A stretch of DNA of 64,000 nt from Octopus sinensis (GCF_006345805.1 NC_043002.1:115816001-115880000), one strand, 5' to 3'. Positions 25,970 through 40,429 are shown, numbered from the stretch's first letter. Notes: generated by a model not told the origin, from the sequence alone. Program-made: numbers and translations.

Positions 25970-25992
<23 letters not shown>

Positions 25993-26135
25993 GACAGGCT
26001 TCTTTCTACCAAATCCTCTCAAGGCTTTGGTTGGTTCAAGGCTATAGTAGAAGACACTTCCCCAAGTTACCATGCAGTGGGATTGAACCCAGAATCATAT
26101 AGTTGGGAAGCAAACCTCTTGCCACACCTGCACCT
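25970..26135 (-). mobile_element. 5' half of the split tRNA-SINE
   Basis: Reverse complement of the SINE head and core, adjoining the central TA microsatellite. Confidence 0.75.
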
Positions 26136-27379
26136 AGTTGATATTATTGGAATTATGTCTTTTATTTGCTGTTAGATTTTAAACAATCCTTGAGGGATTT
26201 TTTGTCTTTTAACTTTAAGGATAAGATTTTTCAGCTCGCTGTAGATGTGTGCTTATAGTGTGGAACACTTTTCAAGATATTTTCCCTCAGCTTTACGGCT
26301 GATAGTCATTAGATTGTATATGTTTTTGTTAGTTTGTACATTTTGTCTGTCAGTCTATGTATGTCCATTTAATCAGAGCAAAGAAAACAATCCTCTCCAT
26401 CATTTATGCCAATTTTGCCTGAAGTGAGCTTCACACTAAAACAGTAAAACCTGATCTAATCCTGCTGGCCGAGTAAGCTGCTGTAAGATGCACTGGGGAA
26501 ATAGCATTGCAGCTGTCATTCGTGATTTCTATGAGAAGATAGCACTGCAGCTGTTACTTATCTACTAAGCACCCTTGAATAAGCTTTGCAATTTCTTTCC
26601 TGAAAATTATGAATGTCATAGGTGCTTTTATACTAAAAATGAAAGGGGGAGGGGACAGGGTGGTTGGTGCAAATGGGGGAGAGGCAAATTAGTTATAAAC
26701 TATCTAATTATGTTTGAGTCAATAAGATCTTAACATTATAGAAATATGCTAAGGTTGATTAAAGTTGATTAAAGAATCCATAATTGTATATACATGAAAC
26801 TTATAAAAAGGGGGATATGCTTAGGTAATTATTGAAAAGGAAAACAAAGTGTGTGTTCATAACGACTATATAATCTCATTTTGAATGCCTGCATGCATGC
26901 AACTGTGTATGAGTAATCAACTGGTTGATGTATGCAGTGGTGGGAAACTCTTGAGAGCTGAACAGCAGGTCTACAGAGAAGAAACTTACCCTGAAGCAAG
27001 TGTTTTGGCTCTTCTTACACTCTAAAGGGGCTGGACTGCATCCAAGTCATGACTCCTTGGTGCTCTTCTGTTGACTCTTTTTAACCATTTCTTACCACTG
27101 CATACATCAATGGTAAGAGGTGTGTGAGTAATCAGCTGGTTGGTGTATGTATCTTAATATCACAGTCTCTCTTCTCTTACTACAGAACAAAAAAATTGTT
27201 GTGGTGTTAGAGACATTCACGTTATATGTGAATTTTTCTTTATATAAACCTGTAGGTCTACAATGTTCGGTATGTCTGCTTGATCTATCTTTTCTGCTCT
27301 TGTTCTTTTCGCTTTCCTGTCTTCCTATCGTATTTTTCTGCTCACAATCAGTTTTTAGTGACTGGGTACTTTTCTGCAG

Positions 27380-27720
27380 CACTGGCATGGGTGCTTTTAT
27401 GCAGCACCGGCATGGGTGCTTTTACGGGACATGGCCGCTTTTGTGTGGGCGCGGGTGCCCTCTACGCGGCACTGGCACCCAGGAGTCCACAAGACTAGGA
27501 ATACTCAGCTGAAGAAAGATGCAGGGGATGCCTGTATGCAAGGACAACCACAAGCTGCCAGAAGTTTCCATCCCTTGCTATCCCCTCTGTGAGGCCTAAC
27601 ATCTGAAGATCCTTTCTTACCACTTCATCCCATGTCTTCTTGGGTACACACTTTCCCTCCACTTCTTTATGCAACTGTCTTCATCTTCATTATTTCATGT
27701 ATGCTTTCCATGTTGGCATA
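27380..27720 (-). mobile_element. Old RTE-like 3' fragment with short tandem modules
   Basis: ccacttcatcccatgtcttc matches the reverse complement of the KTWDEVV region; gcaccggcatgggtgctttta repeats. Confidence 0.5.
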
Positions 27721-28559
27721 GGCTGGAAAAATCATTGTGGAAGAGTCATTCTTATTGGGAGATTCTGCTCCTAAAGACTGATGCTTACATGTGTCATTTG
27801 GCTTGGTTTCTATGACTGCCACTTAACTGAGTGTACTGGGTGCATTTTATAATTGCACCAACATTAGAATAGTCTGTAGCCTTAGGCATGTAGACTGTAG
27901 AAGGGAATAGAAGAGGGTGTAACAGCAGAAAAATTAGAAATGGATAGTTGGGAGGGGGAATAATTGTGTAAATGTAGAGAGTTCTTAATGGATTAGGGTG
28001 TAGGAGGATGAGCTGGAGAGATTTGGAAGGACCAGAATGTATTAGTTGGTGGAAGGTGCAAGAGAATAATGCGGGATAAAAACAGGGGTATTTGAGGGTG
28101 GAGTTGATAGAAAAGTGATTGGCAATAGCAAAGGTTAACAAAAATGAAGGTAAATGATGAGATAGAAGCAAGAATAGGTGTTGATTGGTAATAGCAGTGT
28201 CCCAGGAGGAATGGGGTCAGTGCTGGTTTTTAGTACAACAGAGCAAGGTGAAAGTGTATTGGGCAAGGTGGTTCTCTGCAGCCTCTTATACATGGAACTA
28301 GAGAAAGATGGGGTTGTGTTGGCAATGTGAAGTGGCTGGTGCAGTTTGCATAGGTGGTGGAGAAATAGAGGGCTGTAGAGAATGAGGAGACAATCAAGGA
28401 AGAGGGATGTGAGAGGGTAAGCTTTGCATGGAACAAGTACACACACACATCTTCTAGACACTACTCTTATGTCAGGGTATGTTTTGCCATGTGTGGACTG
28501 GTCTTCTGTAGTCTGCATTTCACCAATTAGTATATGCCTTTTTTCATCTTTTCTGTGAG

Positions 28560-29400
28560 ATAAAGCATCTTCGGGTCAGTTTTCACCATTTTGTCTGAAG
28601 TCTTTCATGGCCTCCCTCTTTCAGATTTCACTAACTTATGCTACACTCATCCTCCATACATATCACATGCTTGTACCAGCACAGCCTCTTCTTTTGCACA
28701 CTACGTCCGGTTTCTCATTACATCCAGTTTCTTTTTATTTGGCTCGTTTGTATTCTGTTGTTCATTTCTGTCTATCCATTGCAAGTCCTCTGTATTCAGG
28801 GCCTATCTTTCACTATTATGCAGGGTTGCAGTTCTAACATGTCATAATTTACTCTTCACTCTGAGGGAAAAGATTTTTTGTTGTTGTAGCTCTGATCTTT
28901 TTTCAACCTGTTCTTACCCTAGCTACGATACTTGCTGAAAAACAATCTCCCCTCTTAATTATGTTAGTTATATAACAAGATACTGATTACTTCTAATGAG
29001 CCTACTGGACATTTCAGAGACTGTTTCCAGTATACTCCTAGTACATATTGCTTTGTACATTTATCACATACAAAACTTATCTTCTTTGTGATCTTGCCTA
29101 TGGTTCCACTGTATCTCTTCTGTGTCCATAGATTGCATTGGGTACTATGTGTGAAGTTTTACTGCACGTTGATCAGTACCAGGGTCTTTTTTTTTTTTTT
29201 ACTTTCTAACGTCTTAGCTTTGTTTTTTTGAGGCCTGTTTTAGGTTTTGTTTTCATACCTGAACCGTTTTCTCCATTTCAGTATAAATTCAGCAATGAGA
29301 ACTAGACTTTTGGCATAGGGAAGTTCCTCCAGACACCTTGTCTGAAGCTTTTCTATAATGGTCTGTCAGATTATGATGAATATTTCTAAAAGCCATCTCA
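28560..29400 (-). mobile_element. Heavily decayed RT-bearing LINE fragment
   Basis: Minus-strand remnants EKASDKV (EKAFDRV) and SIVARVRTGWKK (SVTARIRIAWAK). Confidence 0.4.
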
Positions 29401-29792
29401 GAGATATTTAAGGCCAGCTGTCCATAGGAACTTCTAGACAGAAATCACAAATATATATAAGATTTCAGTGGTAGTATGCTCCTGTTTATCATGTCAACTT
29501 TTACAGGAAAATTTCTAAATTTCTAAAAATCAAGTTAATATCAATTTCTATCATTTATAGTAACAGGTAAGTATTATGTTCAAGGGAACTTAATAGTAAA
29601 ATTATAAATTATAGTGAAAGACATAACATTGGAACTGAATATTTCTCTGTTGAACACATTCACTAACATTTACTGCGATTTAATCAGCAGTATCTTGTTA
29701 AAACATCACAAATGTCTACATGTATCACTTACATGCCAGAGATAAGATATTTATGATTCATGACTGAAGTCTTTTATAACACAAAGCTGTAA

Positions 29793-30035
<243 letters not shown>

Positions 30036-30239
30036 TAATTTTACTTATATTCCATTTGCTGCTAACCCTATTTTTCTATTTGTTCTCTACTGGTTCTGTA
30101 ACCATTGGAAAGAGAATGAAATTGTAAAGAAGTCAGTTGTTTTACAATCAAATTCAATAATTGAAATCTTCAAACAAATTTTTTAAAATGTCTGATTTGA
30201 AAAGATAAAGGTAAAATACTTGCTCAATTATTATTTTCA

Positions 30240-30560
30240 TAGGCACTGACATGGCCGTGTGGTAAGAAGTTTGCTTCTCAACTACATTTCCAGCATCAGT
30301 CACACTGTGTGGTGCCCTGAGGAATTTTTTTCTATTGTAGCCTCCGGTCATCCAAAGTGTTGTGAGTGGATTCGGTCAACAGAAGTTGAGAGAAGCCCAT
30401 TATGTGTATGTGTGATGTACTCTCCTTGCTAAAACATCATGTCATAGTTGTAAGAGTATCACCTCATGCAAATGATGTTCTTCATTCCCAATCTTTTGTG
30501 AAAACATGTCTAGCCATGGGGAAATATTACCTTCCTTGGAAATACGTGAGGGTTGACAAC
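30240..30560 (+). mobile_element. tRNA-derived SINE
   Basis: Head ggcactgacatggccgtgtggtaagaagtttgcttc matches the 63137 family; body diverged. Confidence 0.6.
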
Positions 30561-31613
30561 AGCAAAATCTCCCTTAACAACAAAATTCCATATGACTCGT
30601 GAGCATAGAAAAATGGCCAAACTGCCATTAAAACGATGACAAATTCATGTTGGGCCAAGTGTTGATAAAAACAAAAACAGAACATTTCAGAGAAGCTACA
30701 ATTCTGCTTCCAATGTTTTGAACACCTTAATGAAAAACTCATAACAGAATTGTTTCGTTACGAAAGGAAAGGGTTGTCATGAAATAACAATTTGATGCAG
30801 TGTCGTAGAGTTATCTAGAAAATAAGAAAATAATTCCTTATATAGACTCTTGAACAGTAAATGATGGTGATAATGAAATAAATAGATTTTGAAATGAAAC
30901 CTGTTCAAAACTTGTGTGGATTTGCAGAAATTTGAATATTAGTAATCTTGCATAATTAGTGGAAGATGGGCTGCTTTAGGATTTGTATTTGTTTGGTAGA
31001 TGCACTGGCAAATTTGTAAGCAGTACTCTGGTGTAGGAATATTGTTCATTTTATAGGTCAGCAGCTATTTGAAGCAAAAATATCTGGTTCTGAAGATGAA
31101 TTCCAGTGTTTGTGACATTGTCTTTGCTGTGTTTAGATATTGTAAAGTGCATGGTTATTTTATCTCTACGTTCCTAAATCGTGAGAATATATTTTTATGG
31201 TTAGGTTCAATTAATGTTTTATTTTTGCTATTTATGCATTAATTTTGTACAGCTGATTTTGAAATCTTTCAGAAAGCTATAAGTGTTCATACTGTGTTAG
31301 GCAAGTAATAAAAAGAAAGGGAAGGAATTTGAAACCAGTTATACCACTTTTGGTTCAGATTTACCCAAAACTTTGAGACTAAGTACAAGGCATTTGTCTA
31401 ATGGTATCTGTTCAGTTAACTATGTTATTCCCTTACAAGTTTGTATTTTTGTACTAGTGTAAAAATGTGTAAAAAGTTTGCTTTATAATTAAGGTTTATA
31501 TAACACTCTATATTATTAAATTATAAAACATTTTTTTATATATTCTTAACTATATGAACACTTTCATCAAAACTTGACACGAGAAATTAAAACCACTTTT
31601 ATTTTGATCACAG

Positions 31614-31695
31614 CTATTGGTTTTAATGTGGAGACTGTTCAGTATAAAAATCTGAAGTTCCAAGTGTGGGATCTTGGTGGCCAAACAAGTATTAG
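31614..31695 (+). CDS. ARL1: ARL1 coding exon 3 (WDLGGQ, G3 motif)
   Basis: cacag acceptor and gtaagt donor, 82 nt, encodes (T)[26 protein letters not shown](R), phases compatible with both neighbours. Confidence 0.97.
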
Positions 31696-31780
31696 GTAAG
31701 TAATGTGTGTCAGTTTTTCTCTTTAAAAGGTAAAGTATAGAAAGTATATATAAAAAAAAAAAACGTTCTATGACATTTAA

Positions 31781-32050
31781 GGTGCATGGCCCAGTGGTTA
31801 GAGCTTTGGGTTTGCAATTGTGTCACTATGAGTTTGATTCCCAGACCAGGCTGTGTGTTGTGTTCTTGAGCAAAACACCTTTTCACATTGTTCTGGTTCA
31901 CTCAGCTGTAAAAATGGATTGTAATGTCATTGGTCCCAAGCTGTTTCGGCCTTTGTCATTCTCTTGGACAACATCCGCAGCATGGAGAAAGGAGACTTGT
32001 ATGCAAGGGGCAACTGCTGCTTTTCTACCAAACAACTTTGCCTTTTCATT
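31781..32050 (+). mobile_element. tRNA-derived SINE
   Basis: A box tggcccagtggttag, B box gagtttgattccc, then ttgagcaaaacac..cactcagctgtaaaaatgg core. Confidence 0.7.
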
Positions 32051-32139
32051 GAAGTATGACAACTGACTGAAGCGACAGTTGTTAGCCTAAGGCTATAGGG
32101 AAACTGTCATTGAGGACAGTTGTTTCTTTAATGTATTGG

Positions 32140-32950
32140 TAGTCGTATGAGGTGAGCTGTACAAAATCTTTAAATCATAGATTGGGATTAGCCTCCGAGG
32201 TTTTGTGAATTGGGAAATTTATTGCAGACATGTGTGCCGAATATTTCTTGAAAAATCCTCTTAAATTGGGTGGAGAAGGAATGTATGTAGAAATAGATGA
32301 ATCAGCTTTTATCTGATGAAAGTTTAATGTTGGTCACCAAGTGAAAACTCAATGGGTTTTCAGTGGTATTGAATTAGGGCAAGGAGGAAAGTGTTTTTTG
32401 GCTGCAGTTCCAGACAGATCAGCTGAAACGTTATTACCAATAATTCAATATATATGCCCTGGAACAACAACAACAATATCTGATTTATGGAAGGCTTATA
32501 ACACCATTGCAAACCTTGGTTACAATCACCTCACTGTCAATCACTCAGCTAATTACATCGATCCTATTTCACATGCTTTAATCAATCATGTAGAGGCAAT
32601 GTGGAACAGTGCCAAAAGATGGGATAAAAGAAAAATTGGAACAGTAAGGACGTTTTAATAGTTACTTACTTGAATTCATATGGTGATATCAATTTAATGA
32701 TGATTGGTGTGAGAGGTGTTTATATACTATAATTTTGATTGGTGTGAGAGCTGTTTATAATCTATAATTTTTTTTTTTTAAATGTTTTGTTAGTATTTTT
32801 GTTTTAATTTTCATTTCTTATTAAATATATTTTAGTTGTCACGCTTAAACAAAAAATACTTCAGCTGTCACGCAAAACCTCCTGTGTAATATGTATGTGT
32901 GCTTAAATGAAACAAAAAAGCAAGCTGTCACAGTTAAACGACAAAGTGCC
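32140..32950 (+). mobile_element. Merlin (IS1016/ISXO2-like DDE) transposase remnant with right terminus
   Basis: GGEGMYVEIDES, QWVFSG, VPDRSAETLLPII, TISDLWKAYN, HLTVNHS and HVEAMW motifs; repeated gctgtcacgc subterminal motifs; ends ...CGACAAAGTGCC. Confidence 0.88.
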
Positions 32951-34008
32951 TGAAAATTATTTATACAAAATGATTTCATTATTCCAAACATTTTTTTTTG
33001 CTAAACAAAACATGCATGGCCAGTAGAATAACTTATTAAGCATAACACTACCAGTTAACCATTTTTTTCTTTTCATTCAAATTAACTTGAAATTGTCTCG
33101 TGAATTTCTTATGGCTTTGCAAATCAGGTAATTTTGGTGTTCATTGACCACCATTTATAATTGCTTCCCTTCGAAGTCTTTTTTTTTAAAAAACTATTTT
33201 TCAAAATTTCTTCTATAACACACATTTCAGTCATTTGGACAAATATTTCTAAAATACTAGAGATCTAAAGTAATAATGCATGTGTGAGTGTGTGTGTGTG
33301 TGTGTGAGTTGTAAATCAGTTTCAACAAAATGGAAAGATAATTTTAGTAAATTAACGAAAGATTAATTAGCTATTTCTGAAATCAGAAATATATAGATTA
33401 TATTTCTGATTTCAGAATCTTTGAAAATTTGTTCATACAAAAGGATGGTCAATGATAATAAATTTCAAAACTTAGGACAGAGTGAAATAGACATTCCAAA
33501 CATTTGGACTAACTAATTAAGAATTATGGGATTGTTGATATGTTTTGGTCAGAATTTTTAAGGGTCAAAAAGTCAAACCCTATTAGTGACATCAGTTACA
33601 AAGAATTGTTGACAAAGAACTGATAGAAAGGGAAGGGAGAGCAGAGCTAACATCAAAGCATGACTTCCACAGTTATTTTATCAAGATAAGAATCTTACAG
33701 GTATTGACTTTGCAGATAGGCAGAAGAGAAATGATAGTTATTGAAAGATAGGAGGGTGGGGGACAAAAGATTTCATATGTGTTATTCTTTAAGCATGCCT
33801 AGAGGAAGCAAAATGGGAATACAGCAAAGTATCACATTTGGACAGGTTTCCTTTGAAACGAAGTAACTATTTCAATTCAGTTTCCAATAATTTGGACAAC
33901 TTTTCAATGTGTTTATAAATACATTATGTTCTTAAATTAATTTTTGAGTCATATAAAATATCAACAGACATGAAGTGCATGACTAGCATGTCTTGACTGC
34001 ACGCCACT

Positions 34009-34049
<41 letters not shown>

Positions 34050-34053
<4 letters not shown>

Positions 34054-34430
34054 CAAACCGCCCAACCCGTTTCAGCTGAAATGGGTTGGGTGGTTTGTCG
34101 GGCAGAAAACTGCACCAGACTTGTCTGTTTTGGCCTGGTTTTTTCAGCTGGATGCCCCTCCAAATACCAACCATTTTACAGTTTGGACTGGATGCATTTT
34201 GCATGACACCAGCACTAACAGGGTCATCAAGCAATTTGCAAGACAAGGAATCTTTGAGAGGGGAGGGGGCATTGGAGGAGGTGATCTTGAGTCAGATAAT
34301 GAAAGGTTAGTGTGACATACTCCTTTACTCTGCATAGTCTAAGGACTACAGCCAAACTGGAATAGATACACTGTACCCCTGCATGAAGGGCATCTGTCTC
34401 AACACATACCAGCATGGAAAGGTAAACATT
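34050..34430 (-). mobile_element. Old RTE-like 3' terminal fragment
   Basis: cagctggatgcccctcc..accaacca is the conserved RTE 3' terminal motif in reverse complement. Confidence 0.55.
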
Positions 34431-34799
34431 AAAAACAATGAGGTTTAGCTACAAAATCTTGATTTCTTCATTATTGTTTCCTTGTGACTTCTATAATATT
34501 ACTTATACATTTTTTTTTTTGTAATTTTCTTTATCACTCCTCTATTGCCCCAAGCTAAAATTCTATTAAAATGTGCTGAATCAGTTTACATTAAATTGTT
34601 TACATTAAATTGTGCAGAGAGGATCTTTTGGCACATGTCAGTATGTTAGCAACTTTACTAAATTAATGAGTTCTTTCAATTTCATTTTATAAGAAAAACA
34701 AACAAAGAAAAAAAATATGAAGTATCAATAAGACAAAGAAGTTACATGTAGGTCCTGTGATAGTGAATTCAGTGAGATAACCAGAAAATAAGATATTTC

Positions 34800-35010
34800 T
34801 TGAATCTCTTGTGCTAGTGCCACATTAAAAGCACTCAACACATACTGTGAAGTGGTTGGCATTATGAACAACATTCGGCTGTAGAAGCCAAGCCAGGTCA
34901 GACTGGAATCTGTTGCTGCAGCTGTCTTGCTTGCCAGCTCTGGTCAAACCCTCTAGTCCATGCCAGCATGGAAAATGGACATGAAAGGATGTTGATGATG
35001 ATGATGATTT
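34800..35010 (+). mobile_element. Old RTE 3' terminus with (GAT)n tail
   Basis: gaagtggttggcatta...ccatgccagcatggaaaatggac followed by gatgatgat. Confidence 0.7.
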
Positions 35011-36686
35011 TGCAAAGAAAGATAAGTATAAATGGTTGGGTTGGCTCTATTAATCCTTTAGTATTCACTTGTCTCTCATTAATCTGCTTCTTTGGAGCTT
35101 TCTAAATAATTTCAAGGTTAAAGCATGACTCGACTTCTGAAGGACAGTATTTTACAATTTTTACATCTGTCATGTTTTATGCCTATAATTTATATTTGTT
35201 GAGCTAGAACAGTTATGAGTACCTTGCAGCACACCTGACAAGAAATTACTTTTAATCTCTGTGCTAGTGCAGCCTGTCTGATGATGGTCAATATCTCATA
35301 TGATCCACTTCTTTGAAAAGATTGACTATACTTTATCTAGAGAATGTCTTCAACAGAATTTTATGCATTGTAATCTTGTGAACTAAAGAGGTCAGGTACA
35401 TATGAATGTTTTATTGTTGTTCTTGTGGCTCTTACGTAAGTTTTCAGAACTCTTTTGGGAGATGAGGGCTGTTATATACTGATGACCTCAATCTTACCGT
35501 AGAAGGTGTTACATAGTTGCTGAAAATAAATATATATATATAGACAACTACTAGCTCCTCCCCACCAAAATTAGTGCAGTTTTCCCCTATCTCCTTTCTT
35601 AATGAAAAGACAAAACAACTTGCATCCATATAATTCTTTCTTTTGCATGGTGTTGAACAAGTTCAAAAAGTTTTCAACCATCTTAATTTGATTAAACACA
35701 GCAGTTTATTCACACCCTTTTCAATCTTTTAGCTGTGCCACTACAGAGCATGAAGAAACACTGGCCTAAAAGATTATCTAACTGATTCAACCATGTACAT
35801 GCTGTAACTCCTTGGCTGTCACTTGCTGCCATTGAGTATGACTTAGTAGCAGAAAGAAAAGTTAGATTATTTTTGACGTGATGAAGGGAACCACAACAAC
35901 AACGTTTGGTTATTTTGTGGGATTGCAAACCAAATGCATTTACACATTTTGCAGAATACTGTTGATAGTCTGGTCCTGGGGAATTAGATCTTTCTTTTTT
36001 CTCTCTGTTTTTTTTTCTAATCTAGTGTGTTCCTGTGACAATAACAATTTATAAATGCCACATATACAAATGCTCATAGTGCATATAACTTATTAGAAAA
36101 AATACATTTTCACTTTGTCATAGTTTACATTCAAAAAGTATAAAAATTGTATTTAAAATTATTCTCCGTGTTGACTTTATATTATGGAAGTTCACTCACA
36201 CACCCTCATTCTCTCTCTATGTCTGTCTGTCTCTCTTTGTCTCTGTTTCTCTGTCTCTCACACACACTTGGTATTGATGGTTGTTTTAGAAAAAATAGTG
36301 ATCTGTAAGAATATATAACTCTGACATTGAAAAAGAAATAATGAAACCAGGAATAAACGATTTTTTGAGTAAATGAAACAAATAGATGTTTAAACATTTA
36401 CTTATTTCACTTATTAAATATCATTATTGTAGATTTCTGTTTTTGTTCCAGGATTTTAATTCATAAAAGTGGCCTCATAAAAATGACATTTATTATAAAT
36501 GCAAATATACATGTAAAATTAATTGCAAATTAGCAAATCTTTTCAAATTTCTATTTGAAATATGTATAAATAAATGCCAAAAAAAAATAATGGTAATTGT
36601 TTTGACAAATGTTTCTAGAAGCTACAAAGAATTTTAAAAAGTATTTCTAAAAAATTTTCTCACATTTTAATTTTAATTTTTTGCAG

Positions 36687-36798
36687 ACCATACTGGAGAT
36701 GTTATTATTCCAACACTGATGCAGTCATTTTTGTTGTTGACAGTATGGACAGAGAACGAATAGAAATATCAAAACGAGAGTTAATGTCTATGCTTGAG
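36687..36798 (+). CDS. ARL1: ARL1 coding exon 4
   Basis: ttttgcag acceptor and gtaaaa donor, 112 nt, encodes (R)[37 protein letters not shown]. Confidence 0.97.
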
Positions 36799-37345
36799 GT
36801 AAAAATTTTAGCTATTTCCTATTGTATTATCAAGGTATTTTCTAATTATTATTTTGCCTTTCACAGAGCTGAGACCTATTTATTATTATTATAGCAACAC
36901 TGGTGAAGAAGCATTTGTTCACAGTTTGGTATCTTTTTTAGTTATAATTTTTCGTTTTTCATGTGATATAAGTCTGTAATAGTTTGCACTTGTTTTTTAA
37001 TTAAAAGCTTGAAAGTGGTGTCACCACTATTAATGACCAAATTCTTAAACACAATTTTATGAGAACAACTGTTGTTAAGTAATTCAAATCAGCCCAGTTG
37101 AAATCAATACACGATGATGCACAGTTGCAGACCTTAGATTGTAAACAATGCAAAGCACTAGCATCTCAAATCTACTATGCTTCAGGATTGTGTGGGTTCA
37201 TAGTATTCATTGCATATATACTAGTTGATGTATCCAATGTTCTGACGGAACAGTTTTTCTCAACCTTTTTTTACCCTTTGGTTCTCATTTTACTTTACTG
37301 GACCCCCTTTGTCATTTGATGTTTAAAAAATCCTATTGTATTTTT

Positions 37346-39616
37346 CATCATCATCATCATCATCATTTAGCGTCCGTTTTCCATGCTAGCATGGGTTGGA
37401 CGGTTCAACTGGGGTCTGGGGAGCCCGAAGGCTGCACCAGGCCAGTCTGATCTGGCAGTGTTTCTACAGCTGGATGCCCTTCCTAACGCCAACCACTCCG
37501 AGAGTGTAGTGGGTGATTTTATGTGCCACCGACACAGGCGAACGGCCACGCTCGGATGGTGTTTTTATGTGCCACCGACACAGGTGCCAGACGAGGCTGG
37601 CAGACGGCCACGCTCGGATGGTGTTTTTATGTGCCACCGACACAGGTGCCAGATGAGGCTGGCGGACGGCCACGATCGGATGGTGTTTGTTACGTCCCCA
37701 AAGCACGGAGGCCAGTCTATGCGGTACTGGCTACGGCCACGTTCGGATGATTTTCTTGTGTGCCAATGGTACTGGTACCAGAAAGATACAAATTCCATTG
37801 ATGTTCATCTATTTTGATTTGTTTTGATTTGATTTTCACTTGCCTCAACAGGTCTTCACAAGTGTCACAAGAAGGAAGGTATGCACAGGTGGACTGACTA
37901 CGTCCCAGGTAGGGGCCACGGGTTATGGCCTGACTAGTCTTGCCGGGTCTTCGGTTGGTGTTTTTATGTGCCACCGACACAGGTGCCAGATGAGGCTGGC
38001 GAACGGCCACGATCGGATGGTGTTTGTTATGTGCCCACGTCACAGAGGCCAGTCGATGCGGTACTGGCTACGGCCACGTTCGGATGGTTTTCTTGTGTGC
38101 CAATGGTACTGGTACCACAAAGATACAAATTCCATTGATGTTCATCTATTTTGATTTGGTTTGATTTGATTTGATTTTCACTTGCCTCAACAGGTCTACA
38201 CAAGTGTCACACACTTGCCTCAACAGGTCTTCACAAGTGTCATAAGTAGGTGTCACACACTTGCCTCAACAGGTCTTCACAAGTGTCATAAGTAGGAAGG
38301 TATGCATAGGTGGACTGACTACGTCGCCGGGTCTTCGGATGGTGTTTTTATGTGCCACCGACACAGGTGCCAGATGAGGCTGGCGAACGGCCACGATCAG
38401 ATGGTGTTTGTTGTGCCCACAGCACGGAGGCCAGTCGATGCGGTACTGGCTACGGCCACGTTCGGATGGTTTTCTTGTGTGCCACCGGTACTGGAACCAC
38501 AAAGATACAAATTCCATTGATGTTCATCTATTTTGATTTGGATTGATTTGATTTTCACTTGCCTCAACAGGTCTTCACAAGTGTCACACACTTGCCTCAA
38601 CAGGTCTCCACAAGTGTCACACACTTGCCTCTGCCTCAACAGGTCTTCACAAGTGTCACACACTTGCCTCAACAGGTCTTCACAAGTGTCATAAGAGGGA
38701 AGGTATGCACAGGTGGACGACTACGTCGCCGGGTCTTCGGATGGTGTCTTTATGTGCCACCGACACAGGTGCCAGATGAGGCTGGCGAACGGCCACGATC
38801 GGATGGTGTGTGTTGTGCCCACAGCACGGAGGCCAGTCGATGCGGTACTGGCTACGGCCACGTTCGGATGGTTTTCTTGTGTGCCACCGGTACTGGAACC
38901 ACAAAGATACAAATTCCATTGATGTTCATCTATTTTGATTTGGTTTGATTTTGATTTTCACTTGCCTCAACAGGTCTTCACAAGTGTCACACACTTGCCT
39001 CAACAGGTCTCCACAAGTGTCACACACTTGCCTCTGCCTCAACAGGTCTTCACAAGTGTCACACACTTGCCTCAACAGGTCTTCACAAGTGTCATAAGAG
39101 GGAAGGTATGCACAGGTGGACTGACTACGTCGCCGGGTCTTCGGATGGTGTCTTTATGTGCCACCGACACAGGTGCCAGATGAGGCTGGTGAATGGCCAC
39201 GATCGGATGGTGTTTGTTGTGCCCACAGCACGGAGGCCAGTCGATGCGGTACTGGCTACGGCCACGTTTGGGTGGTTTTCTTGTGTGCCACCGGCACTGG
39301 TACCACAAAGAATACAATTCCACTGATGTTCATCTATTTTGATTTGTTTTGATTTGATTTCCACTTGCCTCAACAGGTCTTCACAAGTGTCACAAGAAGG
39401 AAGGTATGCACAGGAGGACTGACTATGTCCCAGGTAGGGGCCACGGGTTATGGCCTGACTAGTCTTGCCGGGTCTTCTCACGCACAGCATACTTCCATAG
39501 GTCTCGGTCTCTAGACATTTCCTTAGTGAGACCTAAAGTTCGAAGGTCGTGCTTCACCACCTCATCCCAGGTTTTCCTGGGTCTACCTCTTCCACAGGTT
39601 CCCTCAACTGCTAGGG
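37346..39616 (-). mobile_element. RTE 3' end with an amplified higher-order 3' UTR repeat, ARL1 intron 4
   Basis: Terminal 180 nt differs from 20580-20760 at only about five positions by eye. The anchor cacttgcctcaacagg starts macro-units at 37837, 38179, 38556, 38959 and 39362. Confidence 0.95.
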
Positions 39617-40429
39617 TGTAGCACGATTAAATATTATAAGGAATTGCCTAAAACAATATGACCAATTTATTGCACATAAATCTGAACCACAAAATCTTAT
39701 ATTGACTCCGCTTGAAACCCACTGGAAAATGCCAAGTGGATAACTCAGCAGAGTTGTTCCTTTTATGCCTAGTTTTTGTAACAGTTATATATAATTGTTA
39801 ATGTTGTACTTCATTTGCGATATGGACAGATTAAAGTTCAATTCTCAGTTGTTCCCAAGTGTGTAATGGATTTGGTTTAATGGTGTCCATGCAATAAATG
39901 ACAGCAGAAAGATAATAGTTAAATGCCTTTTATTTTACTGTTACAATATGTTGTATGCAGATTAGTTGAATTTCAGTTGTCCATTTTTTGTAAGTAGTTT
40001 TGTTTATCTGCATGGCTGCTGAGGGATGGAAGGATAAAGAAGGAAGATTAAGAGAATTTAACTCTCTCGATTGACAAGAAGAGAGGGTAAAAGTTGTATA
40101 GCAATAAGCTGGAGGTGTTCTCAGTGCCAGGTGAAAGAGAGAGATGCTCTTTGGGCCAAGTGAAAGAGGAATGATTGGATTTGAATTTCAGTCCTCTTAT
40201 ATTTTCCTGCCTAAATTAGGTCAGGCTAAACTAAGGATTTTTTTTATCTGTAGTCTGGTCTGAACCGTATTTCACTGTGGCATTTTCAGGAAACAATAGG
40301 ACCTATCTAAATATGACAGTTAAATTCCATAAATTTCTTAGTGCAAATGCTGAGAACAATAGAAAGGGACTTGAAGAAAATCTAGACTGGGTTTCAAATC
40401 TAGGGAGCAATTCGCTCACTTATTACGCA

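Noticed and set aside
27790-28520. Penelope-like RT C-terminal remnant on the minus strand
   Set aside because: Only faint resemblance (FLD, TTYA); too decayed to support without a profile search.
37383-39490. Many overlapping ORFs (CHRHRCQ and ATDTGARR repeats) as a repetitive protein gene
   Set aside because: They arise in all frames from stop-poor GC-rich tandem repeats, with no splice or codon evidence.
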